NCBI RefSeq assembly: GCF_009914755.1
Contig: NC_060926.1
From: the human T2T-CHM13v2.0 reference genome, Homo sapiens
DNA length: 64,000 nucleotides
Direction: 5' to 3' (one strand)
The notes beneath the pieces are model-generated. The model was not told where the DNA came from. It did no database searches and saw only the letters and a list, made by a program, of their open reading frames with translations. Position numbers and translations under genes: made by a program. Positions 24,358 to 36,730 of the stretch are shown one piece after another (position 1 is the first letter of the stretch; each line of letters starts with the position of its first letter).

Positions 24358-26680
24358 GAGATATGGTTTGGCTCTCTGTCCTCACCCAAATTTCATCTCA
24401 AACTTTAATCTCCATGTGTCAGGGGAGGGCCCTGGTGGGAGGTGATTGAATCATCAGAGCAGACATGCCCCTTCTTGGTCTTGTGATTATGAGTTCTCAT
24501 GAGAGCTGGTTGTTTGAAAGTATGTGGCACTTCCCCCTTCTCTCTCTCTCTTTCTCCTGCTCTGCCATGGTGAGACATGCTTGCTTCCCCTTTGCCCTCC
24601 ATCATGATTGTAACTTTCCTGAGGCCTCCCAGTCATGCTTCCTGTTAAGCCTGCAGAACTGTGAATCAATTAAACCTTTTTTCATAAATTACCCAGTCTC
24701 AGGTAGTTCTTTATAGCTGTGTGAAAACAGACTAATACAGAAAATTGGTACCAGGAGAGTGGCACACTGCTATAAAGGTACCTGAAATGTGGAAGCAACT
24801 TTGGAACTGGGTAATGGGTAGAGGTTGGAACAGTTTGAAGGTCTCAGAAGAAGATAGGAAGATGCAGGAAAGTTTGGAAACTTCTAGAGACTTGCTGAAT
24901 GGTTTTGACCAAAATGTTGATAATGATATGGACAGTAAAGTCCAGGCTGAGGGAGCCTCAGATGGAGATGAGGAACTTATTGGGAAATGGCGTAAAGGTC
25001 ACTCTTGCTATGCTTTAGCAAAGAGACTGGTGGCATTTTGCCCCCGCACTAGAAATCTGTGGATCTTTGAACTTGAGAGATATGATTTAGGGTATCTGGT
25101 AGAAAAAGTTTCTAAGCTCAAAGCATTCAAGAAGTGACCTGGCTATTTCTAAAAGTGTATGTTCATATGCATGAAGAAATAGATGGTCTGAAATTGGAAC
25201 TTATATTTAAAAGGAAAGCAGAGCCTAAAAGTTTGGAAAATTTGCAGCCTGACCATATGGTAGAAAAGAAAAACTGATTTTCTGGGGAGAAATTCAAGCC
25301 GGCTGCAGAAATTTGTATACGTAATGAGAAGACAAATGTTAATAGCCAAGACAATGGGGAAAATGTCTCCAGGGCATTTCAGAGATCTTCATGGCAGCCC
25401 CTCCCATCACAGGCCTGAAGGCCTAGGAGGGAAAAATGGCTTCATGGGCCAGGCCCAGGGCTCTGCTGCTCTATGCATCCTCAGGACATGGCACCCTGTG
25501 TCCCAGCCACTCCAATTCCATCCATGGCTAAAAGGGCCCAATGTATAGCTTAGGCCATACCTTCAGAGGGGGCAAGCCCCAAACCTTGGCAGCTTCCATG
25601 TGGTGTCAGGCCTGCAGGTGTGCAGAGGCAAGAACCAAGGTTTGGAAACCTCCACCTAGATCTCAGAGGACATACGGAAACACCTGGATGTCCAGACAAA
25701 AGTCTGCATTGGGGTGGAGCCCTCATGGAGAACCTCCACTAGGGCAGTGTGGAAGGGAAATGTAGGGTTGGAACCCCCAGAAAGAGTCCCCACAGGGGCA
25801 CTGCCTAATGGAGCTGTGAGAAAAGGGCCACCATCCTCCAGACTCCAGAATGGTAGCTATAACAGCAGCTTGCATCATGCACCTGGAAAAGCCACAGGCA
25901 CTCAGTGCCAGCCTGTTAAAGCAGCTGTGGGTGCTGTACCCTGCAGAGCCGCAGAGGCAGAGCTGCCCAAGGTTGTGGGAGCCCACCTCTTGCATCAGCA
26001 TGCCCTGGGTGTGAGACATGGAGTCAAAGGAAACTATTTCAGAGCTTTAAGATTTAATGACTGCCCTGCTGGGTTCTCAACTTGCATGGGGCATGTAGCC
26101 CCTTTGTTTTGGCCATTTCTCCAACTTGTAATTGAAGCATTTACCCAATGCCTGTACCCTTATTTTATCTTGGAAGTAACTAACTTGTTTTTGATTTTAC
26201 AGGCTCAGAGGCAAAAGGGACTTACCTTGTCTCAGATAAGATTTTGTACTGTAGACTTTTGAGTTAATGCTGAAATGAGTTAAGACTGGGAGATTGTCGA
26301 GAAGGGATCATTGTATTTTGCAATGTGAGAAGGACATGAGATTTGGGAGGGGCCAGGGGTGGAATGATATAGTTTATGTTTGTGTCTCTGCCTGAATTTC
26401 ATGTCAAATTGGAGGAGGGACCTGATAGGAGGTGACTGCATCATGGGGACAGATCTCCTCCTTGTTATTCTTGTGATAGTAAGTGAGTTCTCATGAGATC
26501 TGATCATTTAAAAGTGTGTGGCACTTCTCCAACCTCCTGCTCTGCCATGGTAAGACGTGCTTGCTTCCCCTTCGCCTTCTGCCATAATTGTAAGTTTCCT
26601 GAGGCCTAGCCATGCTTCCTGAACAGCCTGAGGAACCGTGAAGTCCATTAAACCTCTTTTCTTCATAAATTACCCAGTCT
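24358..26680 (+). mobile_element. MSTA-like MaLR provirus (LTR - internal - truncated LTR)
   Basis: 5' LTR 24358-24739 (gatatggtttggct...cagactaataca). Internal region starts gaaaattggtaccagga and contains ORF remnants (LELGNG, GDEELIGKWRKGHSCYALAKRL). PPT gggaggggccaggggtggaa. 3' LTR 26365-26680 lacks its last ~40 bp. Confidence 0.9.
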
Positions 26681-28145
26681 TATGCTTAAGAACACCGCTT
26701 CAATTATCATTTTCTTATGTGCATATTTTTGCATGAATGAATTTCCATTAGGTTAGAGCTAGAATTGCTGAGTATATACATACATTTTTATAGACAGAGT
26801 CAAATTACTCTCAGAAAAGACCAGGCTTACTTATAAAACTATCACAATGTGTAAGCATATGTGTTTTTTTACATATAATAAATCCTGGGCAAAGGTCAAT
26901 GTATTTAATATTTGTCACTTTTAAGGGCAAAGATTAGAATCATTTCTGTTTAAAGTTTTAACTCTGTTATAACCAACATTTGCATTCATTCTTTTTATTT
27001 CTCCTATAAATTACTAATTCATATTTTATATTTTCTTGTTTAGGCTTTATTTTCTTATCAATTAGAAGAAATTCTTAAAATATTTTTACTACTAATTCTT
27101 GGATTTTTCAGCTGACTTCTTCCATTTCCCATAAAGTATGACTACTTACTGTTCTCTTTGCTAATTAATTAAATTAATTATATTATATTACATATATAAC
27201 AGATAATATTGCATATATTTCAAATATTATATACAATATAATTAATTAGGTATTATAACACCTAATAAGTGTTATATTAGAAGTATAACACTTCTAATCC
27301 TTTTTCTTATCTAGTTTTATTTCCTAGGAATTTATTTTGAAAGCAGCAATATCAGTGGACATCTTCCTTTTATTGCTAACTTCAATAGGTATATTTTTAA
27401 TTTTCATCATTGAGACACAATGGAGAAAGAACAGTCTCTTCAATAAATGGTGCTGGGAAAACTGGATTTTCACATGCAAAAGAACGAAATTAGGCCCTTA
27501 TCTTACACCATATACAAAAGTCTACTCAAAATAGATTTTTTAAAAACCTATGTGTAAGACCTGAAGTCATAAATTCCGAGAAGCATAGGAGAAAATCTCC
27601 TTGAATTGCCCTTGGCAATGACGTTTCGAATATCACACTCAAAGCTCAGGTTACAAAAATAAAAATAAGCAAATGGAACTATATCAAGCTAAAAAGCTTT
27701 TGTACAACAAAGGAAATAATCAACAAATGAATAAGCAGCCTATGGACTAGGAAAAAATTATTGCAAACCACATTTCTGATAGGGGGTTAGTATCCAAAAT
27801 TTATAAAGAACTCTTTCAACTCAATAGCAGAAAAATAAATAACCTGATTAAAAACTAGATAAAGGACCTAAACACATATTTCCTCAAAGAAGACATAAAA
27901 ATGGACAACTAGTATATGAAAAGGTATCCAACACTACTAATCATCAGGGAAGTAAAAATTAAAATCATAGGGATCACCTCACACCTGGAGGAATGGCTAC
28001 TATCAAAAAGACAAGTGATAACAAATGTTGACAAGGGTATGGAGAAAAGATAATCCTACTACTCGGTTGGTGGGACTCTAGAATGGTACAGCCATTATGA
28101 AAGACAGTATGGAGGTTTCTAAAGAAATTAAAAATAGAACTACTC

Positions 28146-28252
28146 ATCTTTTTGTAGTTCATGAGCACGATGATTGGGTTTTCACAAGAATGTGTGAGAT
28201 GTGCCACCCTCTGAACCTTTTTATGATCTTGGCACATTACCCATCTGACCTG
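28146..28252 (+). pseudogene. U13 (SNORD13) box C/D snoRNA processed retrocopy
   Basis: atctttttgtagttcatgagcacgatgattggg...tgtgtgagatgtgccaccctctgaacc...ggcacattacccatctgacc aligns over the full length of recalled U13. It is followed by an A-tail and flanked by TSD agaactactc (28136-28145, 28268-28277). Confidence 0.92.
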
Positions 28253-28465
28253 AAAAAAAAAACAAAAAGAACTACTCTACAATCCAGCAATTCTTTTTCT
28301 GGTATACACCCAAAGGAGAAGAAATCACCACCTCATAAAGATATCTGCACTTCCATGTTCATTGCAGCATTATTCACAATAGCCAAGATATGAAAAATGA
28401 AAACAACTTAATGCCCATTGGTGTACAAATGGATAAAGAAAATGTGGTATATCTACATATTCATA

Positions 28466-31133
28466 AAGTTGGGCCTTGAACAACACAGTTTGAACCGCAC
28501 AGATCCTCTAACGTAAGAATTTTTTCAACAAATATGTTGAAAATTGTGTGGAGATTTGCAAATATTTGAAAAAAAACTTGCAGACAAACCACATAACCTA
28601 GAAATATTAAAAAAATAAGAAAAAGGTAGATGTGTTATGAATGCATAAAATATATGGAGACACTGTTTTATCAATTGCAATGATAAAATATACACAAACC
28701 TATTAGAAAAAAACCAACATTTATCCAAACTTACGCACACAAGCACAGACCATATATGAAGCCGTTTGCTGTCAAGAGAAATGTAAACAAACGTAAAAAT
28801 GCAGTATTAAATCATAACTGCATAAAATTAAGTGCATATTGTACCACTGTAATAACTTTGTAGCCACCTCCTGTTACTACTGTGGTGATTCCAAGTATTG
28901 TGAGTATCCACTTAAAGCCATGTGACACAAATCATTTCTGATGAGGATTTTGTCTCCAGTAAATTTCGTATCACAGTAAAAAGTGATACCTTGGGTTATT
29001 GTGTATTTCTCATCATGTTTAGTGCAATGTAGTAAACTTTGAATAACACCATGTGACCCCCTACAAAGTGCCACTAGTGATGCTGGACGTGCTCCCAAGG
29101 AGAGAAAAGCCATGGCATTACAAGAAAAAGTTGAATTACTTCATAGATACTATAGTTTGAGGTCTACAGCTGCAGTTGTCCAGCATTTCAAGATAAAAGA
29201 ATTCAGCATAAGAACCATTGTGAAAAAAAGAAAAGAAAAATAAAATTTATGAGGTTTTTGTGCCACTGTGCAAGCAAACATGAAAACTTTGCACTTTTTG
29301 TGCAATATATTTTTATCTCATATTGAAAACCCAGCTTTTATGTGGGTATAGGATTGATATAAGAAAGGCATTCTTATAGACTCTAAAATGATTCAAGAAA
29401 AAGTGAAGTCATTATATGACAACTTAAAGCAAAAGGAAAGGGAAGGATCTAAACCTGGATAATTTAATGCCAGCAAAGAATGGTTTGATAATTTCATAAA
29501 GAGCTTTGGCTTATTAAAATGTCAGCATAACAGGAGAAGTAGTTTCTGCTGACCAAGAGTCACCAGATGAGTTCCAAGATGTCATTTAAAAAAAAAAATC
29601 ATCGAGGAAAAAGAGTATCTGCCTAACACGTTTCTAATGCAGATGAAAGTGCCCTGTTCTAGAAAGAAAAAATGCCAGAAAGGACACGTATTAGTAAAAA
29701 AGAGACGTAAGCACCAGGACTTAAGGCAGAAAGGGATAGGCTAACTCTACCATTTTGTGCAAATGTGGTTGGGTTTAATGATCAAGACTGCCCTTATCTA
29801 TAAAGCTGCTAACTCCTGAGCCTTGAAGGAAAAAAATTAACACCAGCTGACAATCTTTTGGTTGTACAACACAAAGGCCTGGACGAGGACAACCCTTTTT
29901 CTGAATTAGTTTCATTGATGCCTTGTCCCTGAAGTCAGGAAGCACCTTGCCAGTAATGAACTGCCTTTTAAAGATTTTTTGACATTGGACAATGCCTCAG
30001 GCCACTCAAAACCCCATGAGTTCAACACCAAAGGCACTGAAGTGGTCTACTTGCCTTCAACAAGCCTTTAATTCAGCCTCTAGATCAGGGGGTCATAAGG
30101 GCCTGTAAGTCTCATTATATGTGGTACTCTAACCAAAGGATTGTCAATGCTATGGAAGATACTCTCTATAGAGAATATGATGAATGTCTGGAAGGATGGC
30201 ACCATAAAAGATGCCATCATTGTTATAGAAAAAGCAGTGAAAGCCATCAAGCCTGAAACAATAAATTCCTGCCAGAGAAATCTGTGTCCAGATGTTGTAC
30301 ATGACTTCACAAGGTTTACAACAGAGCCAATAAAGGACATAAAAGAGATTGGAGATTTGGCAATAAAATTGGGGTGAAAGGTTTCAAGATATGAACGCTG
30401 GAGAAATTCAAGATCTAACAGACATCACACCAGAGGCATTAACAGTAGAAGATGTGATGGAGATGAATGCTTCCAAAGCAGTGCCAGACAAAGAGGAGAT
30501 AGGGAAGCAGTGCCATAAAACAAATTGACATTAGACAATCTGGCAAAAAGGCTCCAATTATTCAAGATTGCTTTTGTGTTCTTTCACAACAGAGACCCTT
30601 CTAGGACAAAGGCACTGAAACTAAAGCAAATAGTAGAAGAAGAATTGATACCATATAAAAACATTTTTAAGACATGAAAAAGCAAAAAAGTCAGAGAGAA
30701 ATTATGATGTTATTTCCATAATGTTACATAGAATGTGCCTTTGTCTCCTGCCTCCTATTTCACTTCCTCCACCTCTTCTGCCTCTGCTATCCCTGAAACA
30801 GCAAGACCAGCCCCTCCTCTTCCTCCTCCTCAGCCTACTCAACATGAAGATGATGAGAATGAAGACCTTCCTGTGATCCACTTCCACATAATGAATAGTA
30901 AATATATTTTCTCTTTTTAATGATTTTTAATAACATTATTTTCTCCAGCTTACTTTATTATAAGAATACAGTATAAATACAAAATATGTGTTCATCAAAT
31001 GTTATCACCAGTAAGGCTCTGGTCAATAATAGGCTATTATTAGTTAAGTTGTAGGGGAGTCAAAAGTTATATGCAAATTTTCGATTGTGCAGGGTTCGTA
31101 CCCCTAACCCTCACATTGTTGAATAGTCAACTA
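28466..31133 (+). mobile_element. Tigger2 (pogo/Tc1-mariner) DNA transposon, near full length
   Basis: TIRs aagttgggccttgaacaacac / cattgttgaatagtcaacta (consensus CAGTTGACCCTTGAACAAC). TA at left, ~2.67 kb long. Confidence 0.9.
29051..30680 (+). pseudogene. Tigger2 transposase remnant (CENP-B-like HTH and DDE domain)
   Basis: Motif remnants FNASKEWFDNF, NADESALF, LTLDNASGH and LIQPLDQGVI, plus ORF 30141-30377 (IKDAIIVIEKAVKAIKPETINSC). Many stops and frameshifts. Confidence 0.85.
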
Positions 31134-31745
31134 CATATATATATACACGTATATATACATATACGTGTATATATATATACACGTGTATATATATCCTTAG
31201 AAAGAGATGCTGCCATTTGCCACAACATTAATGAAGTTGGAGGATATTGTGCTAAATATAATAAGCCAGACACAGAAAGAAAAGTGTTGCATAATTTTAC
31301 CTGTATGTGGAACTTTATTTTAAAGAGTCAAATACACAAAGACAGAAAATGAAACAGTGGTTACCATGAGTGAGGAGGGGGAGGAAATGGAGAGATGTAG
31401 GTCAAAGAATACAAAATAGCAGATGTGAGGGATGAAAAAACCTAGAGATTTAATGTACACTATGAGGCCTAAAGTTAGTAAAACTGTATTGTATTAGGGA
31501 CTTTTGTTAAATAAGTATATTTTAGCTATTCTTGTTACAAAAAGAAGTAACTATCTGAGATGAAAGAAAGGTTGATCTGTTTCACTATAGCAATCATCGT
31601 ACAATTGATAGGTATCTAGTTGCATCCCATAACATCATGTGGTAAACTTCAAATATACACAATAAAATTTATTTTAAAAAATAAATTTAAAAAATTATCA
31701 ATCATTGATTGTTAAGATTTATCTAGAAGTCTGCAAATCCTCATT

Positions 31746-32322
31746 GTGACAGGTTTTCAGTTTATATTAAACTATTAGAATTCCAGTTTCCTTTGATGCT
31801 GTCCCTGCACGACAGGGGCTGGAAGCCTGAGGGTAACATTTTCTTAAATCCTTTGCCCTCAAGTTTCTGTTTTAGATTCCACCATTAAGATGTACTTGTT
31901 TGAGATCTGGAAGGCAGGAGGGAAAAATAAATCATCATTTCTCCTCCAGCAGTAGTGGGCAGATTTTCGAACTTTAGCAGAAGTGAGGTTTTGTGGCAAT
32001 CCCTGTCATCTCCTCCTGAGTCAACCAACTCAGTACAGCGGCCAGCTGTTACCAGAAGCTGCGATTTCCTGCAGTTCCTAACCAGGGTGTTAGTGGCAAC
32101 TTCCTAATTTCCTGAAAACTTTGGAAAACCTAAAATCTAATCGTAGACTTTCCAAGGCCTTCACTTCTCTTGTCCTGCCAACTAACGTGTTTCTGAAACT
32201 TCTATTGAGATTAGATACGGCCAAGTGTACTTCAGTTTTGAAAGTAACCAACTTCCTATATTAAATTCTTGTTTAAAATACTTAGATTAGCTTTTGTTTC
32301 CTCAACAGAGTCCTGACAGATA
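31746..32322 (+). mobile_element. Old ERVL-type solo LTR (LTR33/LTR41-like)
   Basis: tgtgacagg start, ggggctggaagcctg...ttagattccacc...tgagatctggaaggcag, and a 3' end gttttgtttcc-like...cctgacagata. Subfamily uncertain. Confidence 0.5.
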
Positions 32323-33464
32323 TACCTTTTATTAATAATGAATATTTTCTTTTATTTCTATTTCATTAAGAGTTTTTGTCAGAAAAGAGTATTAAATTTT
32401 ACCAAGTAAGTGTTAACTGTGAGAATGACCTTAAAATCTTTAATAAGTTTCATCATGGATTTTCTAGTGTTGAGTGATGCTGGCATTTCTAGCCAGTATT
32501 TACTGAGTATTTTACTAGTCATATACGTGCTCAATAAAACTGCAGCATGATGTATGATTCTTTTAAGATGCTACTGAATTTGATTGGGTTATATTTTATG
32601 TAGCTTTTTGTTTACTCATAAATAAAATTAATCGTTTTTTATTATTCTTGACTGATTTACTAACAGATATGCTAGATTTATGAATGAGTTGAGATGCTTT
32701 CTATTTCAATACTGAGACAATATTACTTAAGTATTCTTTTTCTCTGATAAGTTTGTCAAAATCAGCTACAATAATTTGTACCTAAAACTGTTTTAAAAGT
32801 AAGTCATTGACCGCCTTTTCCATTTTTTCCTGTTTATTTATATATTCAGCTTTTCATCTCTTCTTTAGTCAGTTTTGACCATTTATATATTCCATAAAAT
32901 AAATAATATACATAGTCAGTAAAATAGTTTCTTCTACAGCCATCCAAAGTACTTTTTTTTTACATCTTCAAAATCTTCTCCATAGCAATAATTATGTTTT
33001 CTCACTTGTTTCTGATACTAGGTAGTTACTTATTTTTAGTTAGACCTTTTTGTTGTTGGTGGTCCATTGAGAGAACCATCTTTTGCTTTTATTGATCAAA
33101 TCTACTCTTGAGTGCTTTTATTGCATTAATTCCTGCTTACTAATTCTTGATAATTTTGTTATTTAGAAGTCTTATTTTATTAATTACTGCCTAATTTCTT
33201 TTTTCTGTTTGCTTGTTTTATCCAGGTTCATTACTTACCCTAGATTATTATTATTTTAGTTCACTTATTTTATTTTTTTATTATATAACAAATGCAATTA
33301 AAAGTAAAAGGCAACATAAACCAAGTCTGTCTACTTTCACCAATAGGGAATCTGTTGAAAAGATATTAGTGGTCATCAGGAAGCAAGGGAGTTAGGCCTC
33401 CTCATTGTTGAAGTATGGATGTCTTCATCCAGGAGGGAGCCCATCAATGAACTTGAGAGGCAGG

Positions 33465-33695
33465 ATTGTGCAGCAGATTAGAGTGGGACTGGAAGCCCAG
33501 CTTTGCCACTGACTAGCTCTGTGACCTCTGCTAAGAATCTATACCTCCCTGAGCCTTAGTTTCCTTATTTGTGCAATGAGGGTACTAATAGGAACCTTCC
33601 TCATAGAGTTGTTGAAAGGAATGAATAAGTTTACATATAAAATCTTATAGAACAGAGTCTGGGACACAGTAAATATTCAGAAAGTGCTAAGTATT
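33465..33695 (+). mobile_element. MIR
   Basis: cccagctttgccactgactagctctgtgacc...ctgagccttagtttccttatttgtgcaatgagg matches the MIR core. Confidence 0.85.
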
Positions 33696-35110
33696 GTTCT
33701 ATCCTCCGGAGAAACCTCACTTTCATCTGTCTTCTTCAATATCTTCTGAGAAGACTCCAGAGCTACTTCAAGCTCTACTCTGCTTCTTTCTCAGGCTCAA
33801 TATCCAAGTCAGTAGCTGTCCACAGGCAGGCCATTCACTCTCTGAAGAAGGAAGTTCTTCAGGACATTTCCTGAAGATGTGGGCCAGAGAAAAGAGGAGG
33901 ACAGCCATCCCAAATGCCTTCTTTTAATGTCCCTGGACATTCTGCCACACCGGGTGTGATATTTAATGTAGGCAACTGGTCACTTAATACTCAGGACAGA
34001 GAGGTCCTGAAGGCCACTTGTGTGCTGAGTGTTAACTCCTTGGATGCTAAGTTATAGGGAGGTTCCAGGGTCCTTTTTCCCTGGGGTTCATGGTAGTGGC
34101 TATTTATCAATTCACGTAATACATTTTAATTATGAAAGTACTAGTATGGCTGTACCTGTGTAGGGCTAAACGCAGCCCTGCTGACAACACAATCTGTGTT
34201 TTAGTTTATTATCTCTGACCTTGGAGCATCACTGGAAATACTTTTACTTGTGTAGGACTTTACTCCTGCCTGACTTGAGATGCATTTTCTATTAATCTGA
34301 TCGATCCCATCTGCTTTCTCTCTTCTAGGCAACTCATCAAAATCTCTAATTATACCAAATGATTATATCTTTCCTTGATTTCCATCATAATTTAGAATAA
34401 TAGATAGATATACAAATTGTTTTATAGGCCTATACGTATCTTTTAGTGATTTCAGTGAAATTGGTGTAGAGGAAGACACGCTCATTTCGTTCATCAACTT
34501 GATCTATTACACTTTTTAAAAAATTTTTAACTCATTGAATATGTATTCATCCGAGAAAAATTTACTTCCACTCCATGTCTGAAAGGCCAGATGTTCAATG
34601 TATTTCAGTTAATTGAGTTCAGGTTCAAATTAAGACAATGAATGAAAAAAGGAAGTTGTTCTATCTCTTCTTGCAATAATTTAACTATAAATATTAAACC
34701 AGTCTTAACCTAAGTCTAACCTTACTAAAATTAAATCATATTATACTTAAGCATCTCTAAAGGTTTGATTCATGGCAAAATATTGAATAATATGAGAAGC
34801 TCCTTTAAACAACCAAAAGAGACACTATTGATATCATTATAATCTTTGAATTAACAGATGTGCATTAAAAGATATAAGGTTTTGGTGGGATTTATATACA
34901 TTTTTTAAAAGGCTATCAAGATGACCTATATCATCATTCACTGGTTTTCATGCCATGGCTTATTTGACATTTAAAGAGGTTGAAAATAAAAAGGATATAA
35001 GGGGAATGCCAAGGGGCATATAAAGTAAGGAACTGGATCAGAAGCCATCCAATGGAGAATTTAGAGCAATGCATGGACAGAGTTCACTAATGTTACAGAT
35101 GTGAAGATGA

Positions 35111-35250
35111 AGAGGGGAGGGGAGGGGAAGGGAAGGGGAGGGGTAGGGTGAGGTGAGGTAAGAAGAAGAAAGGAGGGGTGGGGTAGGGTAGGGTAAAGAG
35201 GGGATGGGAGGCATGGGACAAAAAAGGGAGGGGAGGAGAGTGGACGGGTA
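35111..35250 (+). repeat. Polypurine (GAGGG/GTAGG)n low-complexity tract
   Basis: More than 15 runs of GGG separated by 1-7 nt. Confidence 0.9.
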
Positions 35251-36009
35251 GAGTGCGATATGGAGTGGAGGCTTTAGATGTGGTTAAGTTCACAGTGGTC
35301 CTAATGATCTTAGGGATCAAACTGAAATTAAATTTTGGTCAAAATGGACTCATCAACAATGATTTTTTTCAGTGATGTTTTGCAGATCAAAGTTCGTAAC
35401 TGATAACCAGTTAATGGATGAGAAGAGACGAGGCTTTGTTTTAGCATATTCTCCAACACCATGGATACATAAGGCACAGATGAGGAGCAGTTCATGGCCA
35501 AAAATCTAGTTATCTCAGTCTGGTAAAATGTCTTAGGCTTTTTCCTCAAAGAGCTGTTCCTATGACCATCCCCTTGCCTGCCTCAGATGAGTCCTACCAG
35601 CAGGATGGAGCTTCAATATGTGACTCATGTATCTCCTTACTCTGCTAAGAAAAGTGTATAAAACACTCTGGGTCCTCATATTTTAGTTGATAGGAATCAA
35701 AAGAAGCAAAAAGCAAGAACACCAACTTACAAATTAAGACTAGAAAATATGTGATATTTCTTCCTCCCACACCACATTAAGCATTGCTAAGCAATCATGT
35801 TACTTTTTTTTTTTTTTTTTTTTTTACTAAATACAGACAGCCTTTGAATTCTCTAAGCAGAATTCCAGGCTATGTGTTATTGGCACTCTAGGTAAAATCC
35901 TGCCGGACATGACATAAATGCAAATTATTTTATAATTGAATAAACCACACTATTTCATCTATAGCTTACAGTTTATAAAGGGCTTTCAGATACCTTAAAT
36001 CAAGGTTCA

Positions 36010-36140
36010 TAAATACAGTAAGGATGGGTTTTAGTTTCATTGAACAAATGAGAAAGTTCAGAGGTAAAGTAATGCAGTTAGTAAGTAGAAGAGCCAGGAT
36101 GTGAATGTCAGCATTTTGTTTTTCAAATCTGGTGCTTTTG
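36010..36140 (-). mobile_element. MIR fragment
   Basis: caaatgagaaagttcagagg...gttagtaagtagaagagccaggatgtgaa. Confidence 0.6.
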
Positions 36141-36392
36141 CTATAGCCTACCTGATTTCCTGAATACACACACACACGAACCTATATATAAGTATGTAAT
36201 TAAAAAGAGAAAATGAAAACAATTGTTAAGCAACACTACTACAATAATGGCAATGACAAAATACAATAACTATTTTCATTCTTGCCGAGTTTCTCGGTGC
36301 TTGCCAGTACTCAATCACCAAATAAAGTAGCAGTTTTTATGTTTCCTGGGTTTCCAGGTGTTAGGGTCCTTTAAGGAGTAAGCTCAATTCCA

Positions 36393-36408
36393 CAGCGCCC
36401 TCTAGAGC
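36393..36408 (-). promoter_or_regulatory. Candidate CTCF motif
   Basis: The minus strand reads GCTCTAGAGGGCGCTG, against core CCRCYAGRKGGCRS (2 mismatches at the 5' end). It retains a CpG in a CpG-poor region. Confidence 0.5.
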
Positions 36409-36499
36409 TTGGGTCTTCTAATTCTTAGCCTCTGAGACAAGATAATTATAAAAAACTTTTTCAGTTTATATTTGCCTTATCAATGTAATCATTAGAATT

Positions 36500-36730
36500 A
36501 AAACTTATTAAGCATTTACTGTTGCTAACACTTTAGTTTGTACTCTGCATGTATTCTTATTTCTTTCTCTTATTCTGACACAGTAGGCATCAGTAACCTC
36601 ATATTGTAGATGAGAAACCTGAAGCTCAGAGTTCAGGCAACTTGTCTAAATTAATTTAGTTCAAACAGAACAGAGCTAGAATTTAAATTCAAATCTTGAC
36701 TTCAAATCTTGACTCCATGCTTTTCTCATA
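36500..36730 (-). mobile_element. MIR
   Basis: ttattaagcatttactg...tgtagatgagaaacctgaagctcagag...cagagctagaatttaaattcaaatc. Confidence 0.75.

Larger units (their letters stand above)
27414..31692 (+). mobile_element. L1MA (about L1MA1-3) 3' portion, interrupted by the U13 retrocopy and Tigger2
   Basis: ORF2 remnants [11 protein letters not shown] and ICTSMFIAALFTIAKI. The 3'UTR resumes ~31200 and ends aataaaattt...aaaa. TSD-like atcattga on both sides. Confidence 0.85.

Noticed and set aside
24745-26262. ORFs of 130 and 182 aa as novel genes
   Set aside because: They are fragments of the MSTA internal region, common to many MaLR copies.
31134-31195. Palindromic TA/CACGTG tract
   Set aside because: A simple self-complementary microsatellite expanded at the Tigger2 TA target site.
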